Assembly (NCBI GenBank): GCA_964510585.1 | Contig: CAZECW010000157.1 | Location: 21,063-53,062, forward strand | Direction: 5' to 3' | DNA length: 32,000 bases | DNA from: an uncultured archaeon | Lineage (GTDB): Archaea > Asgardarchaeota > Jordiarchaeia > Jordiarchaeales > Jordiarchaeaceae | Shown here: piece by piece, positions 8,367-16,942 of the stretch | How the letters are laid out: each line of letters starts with the position of its first letter | Numbering within the stretch: the stretch's first letter is position 1 | Program-made: the position numbers and the translations under genes | The notes under the pieces: generated by a model | Database searches by the model: none | What the model saw: only the letters and a program-made list of their open reading frames with translations | Told to the model about the DNA's origin: nothing

Positions 8367-9362
8367 TTAGAGCAGTTTAATACGGCTACCCACATTATTC
8401 TTTTTTGCCAGCTGATAGACAACATTGGCGGCTGCTATGTCTTGAACCGCCATTCCTGTGGAGTCGAATAGTGTAATCTCTGTCTCGGTTTCTCTGCCCA
8501 CATTCTTTCCAATTAAAATGTCTCCGATTTCTGCGTGCACATCGTCTTCTTTAATTATGCCTTGTGCAAGAGCGTGTTGAATTTCTCCAATCACGCGGCA
8601 CTGTTTGAAACTGTCCACCACAATTTTTGCTCTTTTCATAATTTTAGGGTCTAACTCTTGTTTTCCGGGAGCGTCTGCCCCAATTGCATTGATGTGTACG
8701 CCGTCTGGAATCCATTCATCCATAATAAGGGCTTTATTGGAGGGAGTGGCTGTTACAATTATGTCTACGTCACTCACGGCTTCTTTTGGGGTGTTTACTG
8801 GTTTAACCTCGATACCTAGGCGTTCACTCATTTCAGCGGCATATTTCTCGCTGCTAGTACTGTGGATATTGTACACTTTTACTTGTTTGAGGGGAAAGAT
8901 TTCGCTTAGCGCTAATACCTGCATCCTTGCTTGTGTACCTGCACCTATCACCCCTACCCTCTTGGAGTCTTTTCTGGCAAGAACACTCGCAGCCACCGCT
9001 CCCGCCGCGCCAGTTCGCACCGCTGTTAGATAGGTTCCATCCATAATTGCAAGTGGTAGGCTAGTCTTAAGATCCATAAGGACGATTACCGCTACTCCAG
9101 ACGGCAATCCCATTTTGGGATTGTCATAGTACCCAGACGCTATTTTTGTCCCTATAAGTCCGAGGTCCTCTACGTACCCTGATTTTACGTCCACCTCACC
9201 TCTGTATTTTTCCACGCTTAAGTGTACTACGGGAGCCAGTTCAACTCGTCCCTTGGCAAAAGCCTTGTATGCTTCTGCCACCGCCTTGATGGCCTCACTC
9301 ATTGGAAGACAAGATTTGACTTCTTCCTGTGAAAGAATTATTACCTCAGACATTTTACTCAC
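8367..9362 (-). CDS. Ornithine cyclodeaminase/mu-crystallin family (archaeal alanine dehydrogenase-like)
   Basis: TAVRTGAAGAVA, Rossmann GAGTQA, HINAIGADAPGKQELD, FDSTGMAVQD. Confidence 0.9.
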   Translation of the reverse strand: MSKMSEVIILSQEEVKSCLPMSEAIKAVAEAYKAFAKGRVELAPVVHLSVEKYRGEVDVKSGYVEDLGLIGTKIASGYYDNPKMGLPSGVAVIVLMDLKTSLPLAIMDGTYLTAVRTGAAGAVAASVLARKDSKRVGVIGAGTQARMQVLALSEIFPLKQVKVYNIHSTSSEKYAAEMSERLGIEVKPVNTPKEAVSDVDIIVTATPSNKALIMDEWIPDGVHINAIGADAPGKQELDPKIMKRAKIVVDSFKQCRVIGEIQHALAQGIIKEDDVHAEIGDILIGKNVGRETETEITLFDSTGMAVQDIAAANVVYQLAKKNNVGSRIKLL

Positions 9363-9527
9363 GTGACAACTTCTTCTTTAGGAAAAACATAAACAAATAA
9401 CAGGATTAACCCATAAAAATTTATATTGTATCTGCTATCAGAAACTAGTGTTCTCAAGTAATGGTAGAACCATGTTTCAGCAGAGTAATAAAATTTGCCA
9501 AGGTAAGCTGAATATTTCATTATTGGG

Positions 9528-10673
9528 GTGAATAGCATGGCAATAAAGGAGATATTGGGTGATTTTCCGATTATTGAGAAGGTTAATTACTTGAATAGTG
9601 CAAGTATTGGATTGGTTCCCGAGACTGTTATCGAGAGAACCAAGGAGTTTTTTGTGGATTTAACTAGGGGTGGCACATTAACTTTGGATGAGGAGAAGGA
9701 AGCGCTGGTTTATGATGGTCTCAGACAGGAGGGAGCAAAACTTTTGGGGTGTGACCCAGACGACATAGCTATTTTTAACAGTGTTTCTGAAGCTATGAAT
9801 TCTATTGCGTTGAGTTTAGATTTGAGGGAGGGCCGGGTGGTATCCACAGGAATCGAGTTTCCAAGTGTTACCTATCCTTGGCTGAGAATTGCTCGAAAAG
9901 GGAAAATTGAGGTTAAGCTAGTTGAGGCTAAAAACTGGAGTATTTCAGTTGATGATTTGCTCAGTGAAATCAGTGAGGAAACAAGAGTTGTTGCTTTGAG
10001 TCATGTGGAATACTTAAATGGCCAAAAATGGGATGTCAAGAAAATTGCTAAGCAGGCCCACAAGGTGGGGGCTATACTGGTTGTGGATGGGATACAAGCT
10101 GCGGGCTACCTACCTCTGAATGTTAGGGAAATAGCCGCCGATGTTTATATTACTGGAAGCTATAAATGGCTTATAGCTCCTTTCGGAACCGCTATAGCAT
10201 ACATTTCAAAAAAATTGTGTGATGAGTTGGAACCTGCCCTTGTGGGTTGGAGATCAACAGAGGATATGTGGAATTTTAATGCCCGAGAGTTAACATTTGC
10301 GGCTAAAGCTAGGAAATTTGAATACAGCACGAGTGCATATGATGCGAAGCTTGGGCTTGTGGAATCAATAAAATATCTAAGAAAAGTGGGGATAGGAAAA
10401 ATATATGAACATAACATGGCGTTAAATAAGATTCTGAGCCAAGAACTGGATTCGATAAAAGGCGTTAACATAATAACGCCTCAAGATAGGGGTTCCATAG
10501 TTACATTCTACATTGAGGGTAAGGATAGCAAAAATGTCGCTGAAAAGTTACGTAAATTAAAGAGACCTGTGGAATTAAGTATAAGGTTGAACATGATTAG
10601 ATTGTCTCCTCACCTATACAATACAGAAGAGGATATTCTTCAGTTTTTAGAGAGCTTAAAAAAGGCCGTTTAA
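9528..10673 (+). CDS. Aminotransferase class V PLP-dependent enzyme
   Basis: YLNSASIG, EFPSV, SHV, VDGIQAAG, PLP-Lys motif GSYKWL, RLSPHLYNT. No C-terminal persulfide Cys. Confidence 0.85.
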   Translation: MNSMAIKEILGDFPIIEKVNYLNSASIGLVPETVIERTKEFFVDLTRGGTLTLDEEKEALVYDGLRQEGAKLLGCDPDDIAIFNSVSEAMNSIALSLDLREGRVVSTGIEFPSVTYPWLRIARKGKIEVKLVEAKNWSISVDDLLSEISEETRVVALSHVEYLNGQKWDVKKIAKQAHKVGAILVVDGIQAAGYLPLNVREIAADVYITGSYKWLIAPFGTAIAYISKKLCDELEPALVGWRSTEDMWNFNARELTFAAKARKFEYSTSAYDAKLGLVESIKYLRKVGIGKIYEHNMALNKILSQELDSIKGVNIITPQDRGSIVTFYIEGKDSKNVAEKLRKLKRPVELSIRLNMIRLSPHLYNTEEDILQFLESLKKAV

Positions 10674-10706
10674 AAATAAGCCACCCAAAAATTGTGTGAG
10701 GGAAAG

Positions 10707-11210
10707 TTATTTAATTTCCATAATTTTTTTCCTGAAATCATCCAAATCTACTTCGTATATTGTCCGGCTCTTAAGTGTGATAATATTTTTTTCTATCCCT
10801 ATGTATCCATTTTCTTCCAAGATTTTGAGGTTTCTTCGAAGTTGTTCTTCACCCATTTTTTCCTTGAGAAAGTTTAGCTCTTCCCTCTCTATCGGAGCTC
10901 CTTTTTCAAGAATCAAGGCCAGAATCACTGCCAGTGTAGCTGTTACAGACCTATCTCCCAGAAAACTGGGAACTAGGGATGAGCCTAAATCGTTTACCGC
11001 AATTACCCATCTTCTCTCTGAGGGGATGTATTTTAATTGGAGGCCAATTTCCTTCAATTTGTCTTGTAGCGTATTTAGAAGGTCTTGTAGGTGGGACTCG
11101 TCCTCCTCGTTTGAGAGGAATATTTCGCGTAATTCTTCGGATGTGATTCCTGGCTTTTTCCCGTGACTCAGTAGTAGGAGTAGGGAGAGTAGCTGGAGTT
11201 CTGTTGACAT
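10707..11210 (-). CDS. KITE subunit (tandem winged helix; ScpB/Nse3-MAGE-like)
   Basis: Two wH-like halves. TATLAVILALILEKGAPIEREEL and LKSRTIYEVD resemble the MAGE/Nse3 WH-B. Last gene of the SMC operon, 1 nt after the kleisin. Confidence 0.75.
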   Translation of the reverse strand: MSTELQLLSLLLLLSHGKKPGITSEELREIFLSNEEDESHLQDLLNTLQDKLKEIGLQLKYIPSERRWVIAVNDLGSSLVPSFLGDRSVTATLAVILALILEKGAPIEREELNFLKEKMGEEQLRRNLKILEENGYIGIEKNIITLKSRTIYEVDLDDFRKKIMEIK

Positions 11211-11211
11211 T

Positions 11212-11844
11212 TTAGGCTTCCTCGAGAAATCTTTTATTTCCTTCAGATATTACCTTAATTTTTTGGCTGTCCAAAAGGAAGGTGAAGGCCATAAATTTTC
11301 TAACCGTCTCCTCCCAGTTTTCGCCACGAATAATTCTGTGGAGTTCGGCTTTCTTTAACTCCCGCAGGAGATTTAGAAAATTTTTCACGATATCCATGAA
11401 GGATGGTTCATCATAAAAGTTTATATTGTCTGCCTTTACTTCAGTCTTTACCTCCGGTGGGAACTCTAGGGAGGCATACTCACGCCCTTTTAGAAATTTA
11501 AGTGAGTAGATTAGACCCGCTGTGGTTACGAGGTTCAATTTTACCACAGGGCGTAGTTTAATAAGATTTGAGAGAGAGTCTATGTCGAGCCCTTGAAGCT
11601 TATTTTTGAGGTTCTCACCAGTTGGAAGATCGGGAAAAAGTAGTTTATATGCTTCATTAATTTTTTTCTCGTGAACCATAACAAGACCATATAGGGCCTC
11701 TGAGTGCTCCAATATTTTGGAGTCTGTATTGGAAAGGTTTTCCTGGAGCTCGACTGCGTACTCATAGATGGGAATACTGAAAGGATTAGTGTCACCCTTC
11801 AGAACACTCATACACTCTTTGATGATCTCAGAGACTTTTTTCAT
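11212..11844 (-). CDS. Kleisin (ScpA/Nse4-like)
   Basis: N-terminal NPFSIPI plus helices; C-terminal ETVRKFMAFTFLLDSQKIKVISE resembles the kleisin cap-binding wH. 7 nt downstream of the SMC gene. Confidence 0.75.
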   Translation of the reverse strand: MKKVSEIIKECMSVLKGDTNPFSIPIYEYAVELQENLSNTDSKILEHSEALYGLVMVHEKKINEAYKLLFPDLPTGENLKNKLQGLDIDSLSNLIKLRPVVKLNLVTTAGLIYSLKFLKGREYASLEFPPEVKTEVKADNINFYDEPSFMDIVKNFLNLLRELKKAELHRIIRGENWEETVRKFMAFTFLLDSQKIKVISEGNKRFLEEA

Positions 11845-11851
11845 AGGAGCT

Positions 11852-14350
11852 TCAGCTCTCCTCTAAATCCTTTTTTTGTAGAATCTCCACTCGGGATTTA
11901 CCTTCCGCGTCACGAAAAACCCCTATCACATGATCCGCCTGCTCAGCTATGCCTAAACGCATAGGAGTGATGACAATATACTGAGAACGATTGGAGCAAG
12001 ATTTAATCATCTTTGATATTGTTTCTTTGTTGGCAGGATCAGTGTGGATTCCAAATTCGTCAAAGAGGTAGAATGGCGAAGGATGAACTCTTTGAAGCGC
12101 GAGTAGGAAGGCCATAGTTGTTACATTTTTTTCTCCTCCAGAATGTTCACCGGTATCCACAGATGTGGGTTCGTCTTCCCTAAAACTGGAGTAAAGGTAA
12201 AGGTTTAGCTCCTCGTTTTCTTGCTTTAACTCCACGAAACCCTTCCCATTAACTTCCCTGAGAATGTCCACAAAGTTTTCGTTAAATTTAACCATCTTAA
12301 TCTGAAGCTCCTCTAAAAGCTTTGACTGCTCCTTTTTTAGTGTGTCTATCAAAATATCCCTTTCCTGTTCCAATTTTTTTGTTTGTTCCTCTATGTCTTT
12401 TACTATCCCCTCATATTCCTCGAAGGATTTCAAGTCCTCCTCTGAGTACTCCTTTAGAGCCTCCAATTTCGCCTCTACTCTAGTAATTTTCTGATTTAGT
12501 TTAGGTAGTGGTAGAATTTCTTCTTCTGTGGGACGAAGGTTTGGATCTATCAACTGGATTTTAGGCTCCAAATCCTTTAATTCTTCACGTAGTGCGTTTG
12601 ATCGGCTTCGATAGAATTGTAAATCTTCTTCCAAGTTGTTCAGGCGAGCTTTGATCTCGGCAATCTCTTGGGTCAAATAATCACGCGTTTTAGTCAGCGA
12701 GTTTAATTCACGTTTTAATTCAACACGGTTACTGATAATGTCCTTTTCTCTTTGTACCAATTCCTGAATTTTATCGGTAAGCTCCCTCAACTGTTTTGAA
12801 GAAGTTTCTAATTTGCTATCTCCTGTCCCACTATCCTCATTGCCACCAGCACTAAATGAGTCCATGATTGAGAACTGTGTAGGGATATCAATGTTAAAGT
12901 ATCCTGCGGGGGAATAAGTGATTCTGGTGCCATTAAGGGTTACCACAGGAGTATTGTACATTTTAGCGTTAACCAACCCGTGCTCCAAGTTGTCCACAAT
13001 GAGATATCTTGATAGAATTTCTTCCACCATTGGGCGTAGAGATTCGGGAACGGTTACCATATTTACCGCCCAGTCGATGATACCTTCGCCCTGAAAAACA
13101 GGTTTCTTAGAAGGCGGCTTTTCATATTTTTCAGTTACACAGTAGATGCGGGTTCTAATCCCCTTCGAGATTAACCTGTCATGCAGAAGTATACAGTCTT
13201 GGCGGTTGGTAGTAACAAAGCTTTCTAGAACCCTTCTTCCCAAGGCGGATTCTATTGCCAAATTGTATCTTGAATCTTTTATTTTCAAATGTTCCAATAT
13301 AGGACCAATTACTTCACCTTTGATGTTTAATGATTGTATTATTCGCTTAACCCTAGAAATGTTTGAAGTGTATGTTTTGGGGGTTAAGGTTTTGTACTCT
13401 TCTTTTAAGGAGAGCACATAAGCCTGCAATCTTGATTTTTCCTCAGTGAGCTGTAATTTCTTTTGGTAGATTTCTTCCCTTTCAGCTGAAAGATTCTCCT
13501 CTTTTTCTTCCAAGCTGGAAATTTTTGCGCCTATAGAGTTGTACTCTTGTTCCCTCTTTTCAAGAGTCGAACCGAGTTCATTAATTTCGATATTTAGTTT
13601 TTCTAATTTTTCTGTGGCTTGGGATAGCTCCATTTCTTTGTGATATTTTTGGGAGAAGGGATACATGGCCTCAAGCTTGTTTTTTGTTTTTTCCAATTCG
13701 ATCTTTTCCAGATATTTCTCTTTTCGGGTTTTTCGCAGTTTAAGCTCCTTTCTGGCTTCTCTCAATCTATTAGTCAAATCTTTAAGTTTCTCACTGTTTT
13801 CCTTGAGTTTTTCCCTGCTCTCTTCGATTCTTTTCAGGACTGGGCCTAGTCCTAGAGCATCTACAAAGAAATATGCGCGCTCGTTCGGCTTGGCTTTAAT
13901 AAGGTCATTTACTTGTCCCTGGTGAATAGTTACCAGGGGGTTGTCAGGATTTATGCCCGCCTCAGATAGCAACACCTTCAAATTACGCAGGTGGATGGGT
14001 TTGCCGTTTAGCCGGAATAGGGACTGTTTTCCCTTACGAAGAATGCGTGTTATTTCGATCCTATCATTATCCAAATTTTTAAAAATTTTTTCTCCGCAAC
14101 TATTTTTGTTTTCTATTAATACGGATATTCTAGCAGCCTTTTCTCCGTGGCGTATGTACCTATCAAGCAGTTTATGTCTCTCCCTTGCCAGAGATCCCAG
14201 AGCGATTCTAATCGCAGATATGATGGAAGTTTTTCCCGCCCCGTTACGACCCACTATAACATTGAAGGTGGGTGAAATGGGTATCGAAATATTATCATAG
14301 GACATGAAGTTATTGAGTTTTAATTCCGTAATCACGTTTTCGCGCCCCAC
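11852..14350 (-). CDS. smc: SMC-family ATPase, SMC5/6-like, short arms (832 aa)
   Basis: NFMSY, Walker A GRNGAGKTS, Q-loop IHQG, hinge (IGPILEHLKIKDSRYNLAIESALG), signature HSGGEK, Walker B/D-loop FYLFDEFGIHTDP. Confidence 0.93.
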   Translation of the reverse strand: MGRENVITELKLNNFMSYDNISIPISPTFNVIVGRNGAGKTSIISAIRIALGSLARERHKLLDRYIRHGEKAARISVLIENKNSCGEKIFKNLDNDRIEITRILRKGKQSLFRLNGKPIHLRNLKVLLSEAGINPDNPLVTIHQGQVNDLIKAKPNERAYFFVDALGLGPVLKRIEESREKLKENSEKLKDLTNRLREARKELKLRKTRKEKYLEKIELEKTKNKLEAMYPFSQKYHKEMELSQATEKLEKLNIEINELGSTLEKREQEYNSIGAKISSLEEKEENLSAEREEIYQKKLQLTEEKSRLQAYVLSLKEEYKTLTPKTYTSNISRVKRIIQSLNIKGEVIGPILEHLKIKDSRYNLAIESALGRRVLESFVTTNRQDCILLHDRLISKGIRTRIYCVTEKYEKPPSKKPVFQGEGIIDWAVNMVTVPESLRPMVEEILSRYLIVDNLEHGLVNAKMYNTPVVTLNGTRITYSPAGYFNIDIPTQFSIMDSFSAGGNEDSGTGDSKLETSSKQLRELTDKIQELVQREKDIISNRVELKRELNSLTKTRDYLTQEIAEIKARLNNLEEDLQFYRSRSNALREELKDLEPKIQLIDPNLRPTEEEILPLPKLNQKITRVEAKLEALKEYSEEDLKSFEEYEGIVKDIEEQTKKLEQERDILIDTLKKEQSKLLEELQIKMVKFNENFVDILREVNGKGFVELKQENEELNLYLYSSFREDEPTSVDTGEHSGGEKNVTTMAFLLALQRVHPSPFYLFDEFGIHTDPANKETISKMIKSCSNRSQYIVITPMRLGIAEQADHVIGVFRDAEGKSRVEILQKKDLEES

Positions 14351-15708
14351 ATCTTCTGCATTGTTTCCTGAACTCTCTGAAATCTTTCTCGCCTCTCCTT
14401 TAAAACTTCGATACTCTTTTCGGGATTGGAAGTTAAAAATTCAAAATTTTTAGCGATAACAAGTTCATCCTTTGATAATGAGTCCCCACTTTTGAGCTTT
14501 GTAAGGGTTAAGAGTAGCTTTTCATATTTTTTATCATCAGTTACAACATCCTGAATAAGAGCTTGGTGGAGATACTCCTCCCTCTGCAAGTTTCTTTTTT
14601 GTAACTGTTTTTCCTTTATTCTCTGCAATATCTCCGTCCTCATAGAGTGAGCTATCTCCAGAAGTATGTCTGTTGTCAATATTTTTTTGCGTCTTTTCTC
14701 CAGTAAGACCACAGCTCTGGAGACGAGATTTTCAAGGTCCGCCCCAGAAAAGTTTTCCGTAGCTTCGGAAACCTGAGGGAAATCGATGTTCTTCTCATAC
14801 AAGAGGCGAGATAGCAATACATGTAGAATCTCTGTTCTTGCTCTAATGTCCGGTAGGGGAACAGAGATTACATCATCGAACCTTGTCCAAACCGCTGCGT
14901 CCAACAAATCCGGCCTGTTGGTGGCAGCAATAACTAGTATGGAGTGGTCGCACAGATTGGTGGAGTCAAGCTCGTCCAATAAGGCGGAAAGGACGGAGGA
15001 CTGGTTTAAATCTCTGCTTTGCGCCAGAGCATCAAAATTATCTATAAAAAGAATGAGAGGTTTATTGTTTAAGTCTTCGCGAACAAATTTGAAAATTGCA
15101 CGAATACCTAGAACAGTATCCTCTGGTGACCCTGTTGCCAAACTCTTTTGAAAATCGATTATTGGAACTTTAGACTCTTTGGCCAGGGCATAGACTAGAG
15201 TGGTCTTTCCAGTTCCTGACCTTCCATATATGAGCAATTTGCCACCCAGCTTAATCCCCTTAGATTTAAGCTCCGAGATTTTTCCCAGGAAAGAAGCATA
15301 ATCCTCTAACTGTGCCTTCACCTCTTCATAGTTCCCAAGGTGGTCAAATGTGAACGTTAATTCTTCGGGTTTCTTTATTATAACTTGAAAATCGACTTCC
15401 TTTTCGCGTTTAATCTTTTGCGTTAAAAGGATTGTTGCTGCTAACGCCCCAAAAACTGAGTCAAACTTCTGGGATAAATCTCTTTTATCTTCCTCTAAAA
15501 CGTTAATCCTATCAGTAAGGGTACTAATGCTCTTCTTAACAGTTTCTATTACTTCACCACTCAGACCACCAGCACCCTCCTTTAGAGAGTCTAATTCTTC
15601 TTTTAAACTGTTTATACTGTTTACAACGTCCTCCAAGGCATCCACAGTTGGAACATCTGCTAGGGGCGTTGAAATGTAGTCTACTCGTATTCGTCTATTC
15701 TTTGGCAT
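14332..15708 (-). CDS. Classical-clade AAA+ ATPase with N-terminal coiled coil and degenerate Walker B
   Basis: Walker A GRSGTGKT, Walker B LFIDNFD, SRH AATNRPDLLDAAVWTRFD, FSGADL lid. Overlaps the smc start by 19 nt. Start taken at ATG 15708 (track start 15723). Confidence 0.88.
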   Translation of the reverse strand: MPKNRRIRVDYISTPLADVPTVDALEDVVNSINSLKEELDSLKEGAGGLSGEVIETVKKSISTLTDRINVLEEDKRDLSQKFDSVFGALAATILLTQKIKREKEVDFQVIIKKPEELTFTFDHLGNYEEVKAQLEDYASFLGKISELKSKGIKLGGKLLIYGRSGTGKTTLVYALAKESKVPIIDFQKSLATGSPEDTVLGIRAIFKFVREDLNNKPLILFIDNFDALAQSRDLNQSSVLSALLDELDSTNLCDHSILVIAATNRPDLLDAAVWTRFDDVISVPLPDIRARTEILHVLLSRLLYEKNIDFPQVSEATENFSGADLENLVSRAVVLLEKRRKKILTTDILLEIAHSMRTEILQRIKEKQLQKRNLQREEYLHQALIQDVVTDDKKYEKLLLTLTKLKSGDSLSKDELVIAKNFEFLTSNPEKSIEVLKERRERFQRVQETMQKMWGAKT

Positions 15709-15834
15709 GACGCATAACCCCAATTTTAGTAAGAGACATCGCTCCCAGAAAACGTTTTAACTATTTTCGTGTTTTAATGTATAATCAACAAGGGGTACTA
15801 AAATATTTCTAGTGGATTTTAAAAGGTAGGAGAA

Positions 15835-16059
15835 ATGAGCGAAAAATACATCACTTTGACTAAACGCTTCGTCGGAAAATGGAAATGGAACTGTCTAATC
15901 TGCTCCCTTGATATCGATCCAGCCAAAGATGCGGGAAACGTGTACCAGTGCACCAAGTGTCGTTACATGATGCACCTAGACGAACTCAAAAACTGGATGG
16001 CTTCCCGGAACACTAAAAAGTGTCCCTTGTGTGGATGCGAAGTTGAAATCAGGAGTTAA
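15835..16059 (+). CDS. Small stand-alone RING-like finger protein
   Basis: CLIC...CTKC-x4-H-x2-E...W...CPLC: RING-variant spacing with the conserved Trp, one Cys ligand replaced by Glu. AGGAG upstream. Confidence 0.75.
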   Translation: MSEKYITLTKRFVGKWKWNCLICSLDIDPAKDAGNVYQCTKCRYMMHLDELKNWMASRNTKKCPLCGCEVEIRS

Positions 16060-16086
16060 AGATTCTAAATTTTATGTTTAGGATTC

Positions 16087-16794
16087 CTATTTCTGAAATA
16101 TAGCGAATTTTCCACAGGTGGGGCACTTTCCATTCAATCTAACATAAGCCTTTATGCAGCCCTCATGGAAGAGAACCGAGCAAGATTCACACTTCCAAAT
16201 TGCTACTATATCATTGAGGACTGTTTTGCAAAGCCCACAGATTCCGCTTTTGGGAAGCAGTAGAGGATGCAGATAGGCAATAGATGCGAGGTTTAAAGCT
16301 TCTGCAAAGGGGCAATAGGTGTGGAAAACGCCTGAACCAGCTTGGCAGCCTATTCCACCCAATTGCTTCCACTCGCTTTTAATCTCAAACCCGTTTCCGA
16401 CGCGGATAATGACCCAGCAAGGTTCTTTGCAAAATCTTGAAAAAATTTTTTTGTAGCCATTTAGGAATCCTCTTGAAATGGCTTGTGTTGTTGCTGCTAG
16501 TTCTTCATCGCGAGAATTTTTGAATAAAACATCTCGATTCACAAGATGCCCCAATTCGTGAGCCATAACAGCTGCAACCTCATCTTCACTCCATCCCCTC
16601 AACTTCTCACTTATGATAATAAAATGTTTCTTCGCAACACTTTTCCTCCCTTTTCTCAGCTCAATGGTTTTAACACTTCCAAGCATATCCTTCTGGAGTT
16701 CACCAAACCTAGTTTCGAATTTTTCATTTTTTAACTCAGGAAATGTAGGCAAGACCAAATTTCTCAGAATCCATCCCAAATAGTGCTCACTCAT
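16087..16794 (-). CDS. HExxH zinc metalloprotease domain fused to a C4HC3 RING
   Basis: EVAAVMAHELGHL; C-terminal CGLC-x12-CESC-x4-H-x2-C-x10-CPTC. ATG 16794 preceded by GGAG (track start 16809). Confidence 0.8.
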   Translation of the reverse strand: MSEHYLGWILRNLVLPTFPELKNEKFETRFGELQKDMLGSVKTIELRKGRKSVAKKHFIIISEKLRGWSEDEVAAVMAHELGHLVNRDVLFKNSRDEELAATTQAISRGFLNGYKKIFSRFCKEPCWVIIRVGNGFEIKSEWKQLGGIGCQAGSGVFHTYCPFAEALNLASIAYLHPLLLPKSGICGLCKTVLNDIVAIWKCESCSVLFHEGCIKAYVRLNGKCPTCGKFAIFQK

Positions 16795-16942
16795 TGGAAC
16801 AGCTCCCAAAAACCAAACAGATAAAAGGCAAATAAAAAAGATAAAAACAGCATTTAAAAAGACTTCTGGACATACAAAAAATGCAGGTAATCTCTGGAAT
16901 TCGAAGCCATAAATTTTAGGAACTCAGATTTATGGAAAGTCT

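Noticed and set aside
9528-10673. Cysteine desulfurase (SufS/IscS)
   Set aside because: No persulfide-forming Cys motif in the C-terminal domain.
10707-14350. Wadjet/MksBEFG anti-plasmid system
   Set aside because: No Toprim nuclease (JetD/MksG) gene in the operon, and the SMC motifs look SMC5/6-like.
14332-15708. AAA+ protein as PAN, Vps4 or Cdc48
   Set aside because: No OB domain or C-terminal HbYX motif, no MIT domain, a single AAA module, and degenerate Walker B and pore loop.
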